Source: a virus
Lineage: Duplodnaviria > Caudoviricetes
Length of the DNA: 34,991 nt
Reading direction: 5' to 3' (one strand)
Virus record (IMG/VR): IMGVR_UViG_3300042922_000685
Coordinates: 1 to 34,991 of that record
The notes under the pieces are model-generated. The model made no database searches, was not told the DNA's origin, and saw nothing but the letters and a program-made list of their open reading frames with translations. The translations under genes and the position numbers were made by a program. Positions 33,713 through 34,991 of the stretch are shown in pieces. How positions within the stretch are numbered: position 1 is the stretch's first letter; every line of letters starts with the position of its first letter.

Positions 33713-34990
33713 TTAAACTATATTACCATTTGTATCTCTCCAATTACTTCCTGTGTTAATAATAAGTTTTTGAATCGCTCCATCATAACATAAACAACCT
33801 TTTACATTAAAAGTTGGTCTACCGCCTATTATAATTCCAGCAACCCATTGCCATTCACCCCATGAGGTGCTACTATCTAACCATCTTCTTCTTATACTGT
33901 AGTTAGAAAATTTTTCTGATACTACAAGCTCCTGATAGGATTGATTTGCTACAGCACTATGATAACTTTGTAAATGTCCACCTTTATTTAAATATGTGTC
34001 AGCACTAGCAGTTATTTCACAATAGGTTATTTTGCCTACTTGATAAGTAGATATTGGAGCATCAATATTAGTCAATGTATTGTCTACTACAACCATTTGT
34101 TGTTTAATAATATCACTTGATTTTATTTTTGCGCTTTTAGAAATAAACAAATAATCATCAGACAATGTATCACCAGCACTTATAATATTGCCAACTCTTT
34201 TTATGCCTTCTTCAAAAGTATATATTGGAATTCCTAATGATTGAATATAATCAATCATAGGTGCATATAAATCTGTGTTTGTTGCAAATCCACAATGGGT
34301 CAGAATGACAAGTATATTTTTTCTGTTGAAGCATTTGTCTATGAGTTCTTGTATTTCTGGTAAATCCGCACCATCAATCCCAACTCTTTCAACCCTCATT
34401 GAATCAAATGGTAGATAATTTGTTGTTTCAGTTGCATCTATTCCATAGTCATAATATTTTCTTGTTAATGCTTTTATATTTTTTCTTTTTGTATCATCCA
34501 TACCACTTTCATATAGTCCAAATGGGTATACTATTGCCTTATCATTGAATCCATTTTCTCTTACAAATTGTAAACTTTCACTACATTGTAATTCCCAATC
34601 GGCATCACTTATATTGTATAAATGTGGATGTGACTTCGAGTGCGAAAGAATATCGTAACCCGAATCCCTTAGATTTTTTAATTGTTCTAACGTCATGTAT
34701 CCACTCGTCCCTACAAAGTCTTTTACTGCACCAAGGCTTATTTTTATTCCTTTAGCATCACAAACTGGAACCCATTTAGTTAAAACGTTGCTAGTTATAT
34801 CATCATCTATTATGAATATCATAGGTTGATTGGCACTATTATATTTTGGTTTTAATTCCTTCTCATTTTCTTCCAAAAGCGAATTAACTGTATTGATTTC
34901 TCCCTTGGTTGCATAGGTAGTTGTGTCAGCAGTTGCTATTACATTCTCTAAATCTTCTTTAGCTTCTATTCCATCTTGAATAGTTTCATT
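33713..34990 (-). CDS. C-terminal part of the RBP: CE4/NodB polysaccharide deacetylase domain, tail-knob-like domain and tailspike-type terminal motif
   Basis: IFIIDDD, SHSKSHPHL, IVYPFG, VILTH (CE4 motifs); RRRW..SWGEW; GRP...G..YD.....I...G..WRD.NG..V; in frame with 1-531. Confidence 0.88.
   Translation of the reverse strand, partial: NETIQDGIEAKEDLENVIATADTTTYATKGEINTVNSLLEENEKELKPKYNSANQPMIFIIDDDITSNVLTKWVPVCDAKGIKISLGAVKDFVGTSGYMTLEQLKNLRDSGYDILSHSKSHPHLYNISDADWELQCSESLQFVRENGFNDKAIVYPFGLYESGMDDTKRKNIKALTRKYYDYGIDATETTNYLPFDSMRVERVGIDGADLPEIQELIDKCFNRKNILVILTHCGFATNTDLYAPMIDYIQSLGIPIYTFEEGIKRVGNIISAGDTLSDDYLFISKSAKIKSSDIIKQQMVVVDNTLTNIDAPISTYQVGKITYCEITASADTYLNKGGHLQSYHSAVANQSYQELVVSEKFSNYSIRRRWLDSSTSWGEWQWVAGIIIGGRPTFNVKGCLCYDGAIQKLIINTGSNWRDTNGNIV
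34860..34889 (-). other. Candidate recombination site at the anchor/module junction inside the RBP gene
   Basis: Minus strand AGTTAA-TTCGCTTT-TGGAAGAA-AATGAGAA (encodes VNSLLEENE); outer arm is a 10/11 inverted match to 33682-33692. Confidence 0.6.
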
Positions 34991-34991
34991 C
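34865..34991 (+). repeat. Terminal direct repeat copy 2 (assembly overlap)
   Basis: Identical to 1-127. Confidence 0.95.

Larger units (their letters stand above)
1..34991. mobile_element. Complete temperate Siphoviridae-type phage genome (circular, 34,864 bp unit), probable Clostridium host
   Basis: Full lysogeny, replication, packaging, head, tail and lysis modules; no host housekeeping genes; terminal 127-bp identity; one ORF reads in frame across the junction. Confidence 0.95.

Noticed and set aside
33713-34876. Stand-alone 387-aa deacetylase as a metabolic gene
   Set aside because: The frame is open upstream across the junction to an SD-TTG at 531, and there is no convincing SD before 34876.
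32180-34889. Diversity-generating retroelement or invertible shufflon for the tail
   Set aside because: No reverse transcriptase or TR/VR pair, and no inverted alternative RBP end is present. The full sites are in direct orientation, which favours excision or exchange.
34865-34991. 127-bp terminal repeat as a biological DTR or attL/attR
   Set aside because: The length equals a standard assembler k-mer, it lies mid-gene, and the HNH/HK97-type packaging module points to cos ends.
1-34991. tRNA/rRNA genes, arbitrium or toxin-antitoxin modules
   Set aside because: No cloverleaf, TPR receptor plus peptide, or recognisable toxin was seen by eye; tRNAscan-SE and HMM searches would confirm.

Overview
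The window is a complete, circular, AT-rich temperate siphophage genome, most likely from a Clostridium-type Firmicute. Its unit length is 34,864 bp, because bases 1-127 repeat exactly at 34865-34991, which looks like an assembler overlap. Almost all genes are on the minus strand. In order they form an early/replication block, an accessory block, a late activator, an HNH/TerS/TerL HK97-type head module, a long-tail module, a receptor-binding protein (RBP) spanning the contig junction, and a lysis module. The repressor, the integrase and a probable attP lie on the plus strand. The genome encodes three tyrosine recombinases. The most interesting signal is a candidate recombinase-driven cassette system. 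The C-terminal deacetylase/tail-knob module of the RBP is bracketed by two hybrid-looking 8-8-8 sites (consensus TTCGCAAT-N8-AWTGCGAA) next to a XerD-like recombinase. Related sites sit at the ends of several accessory genes, and the contig break falls inside one of the sites. Other notable items are a circularly permuted C5 DNA methyltransferase, a LexA-box-controlled 49-aa peptide in a phage whose repressor lacks an autocleavage domain, a -1 frameshifted tail chaperone, iterons inside the replication gene and a cadherin-like domain on the capsid protein. All family assignments come from recognising motifs by eye; no database search was run.
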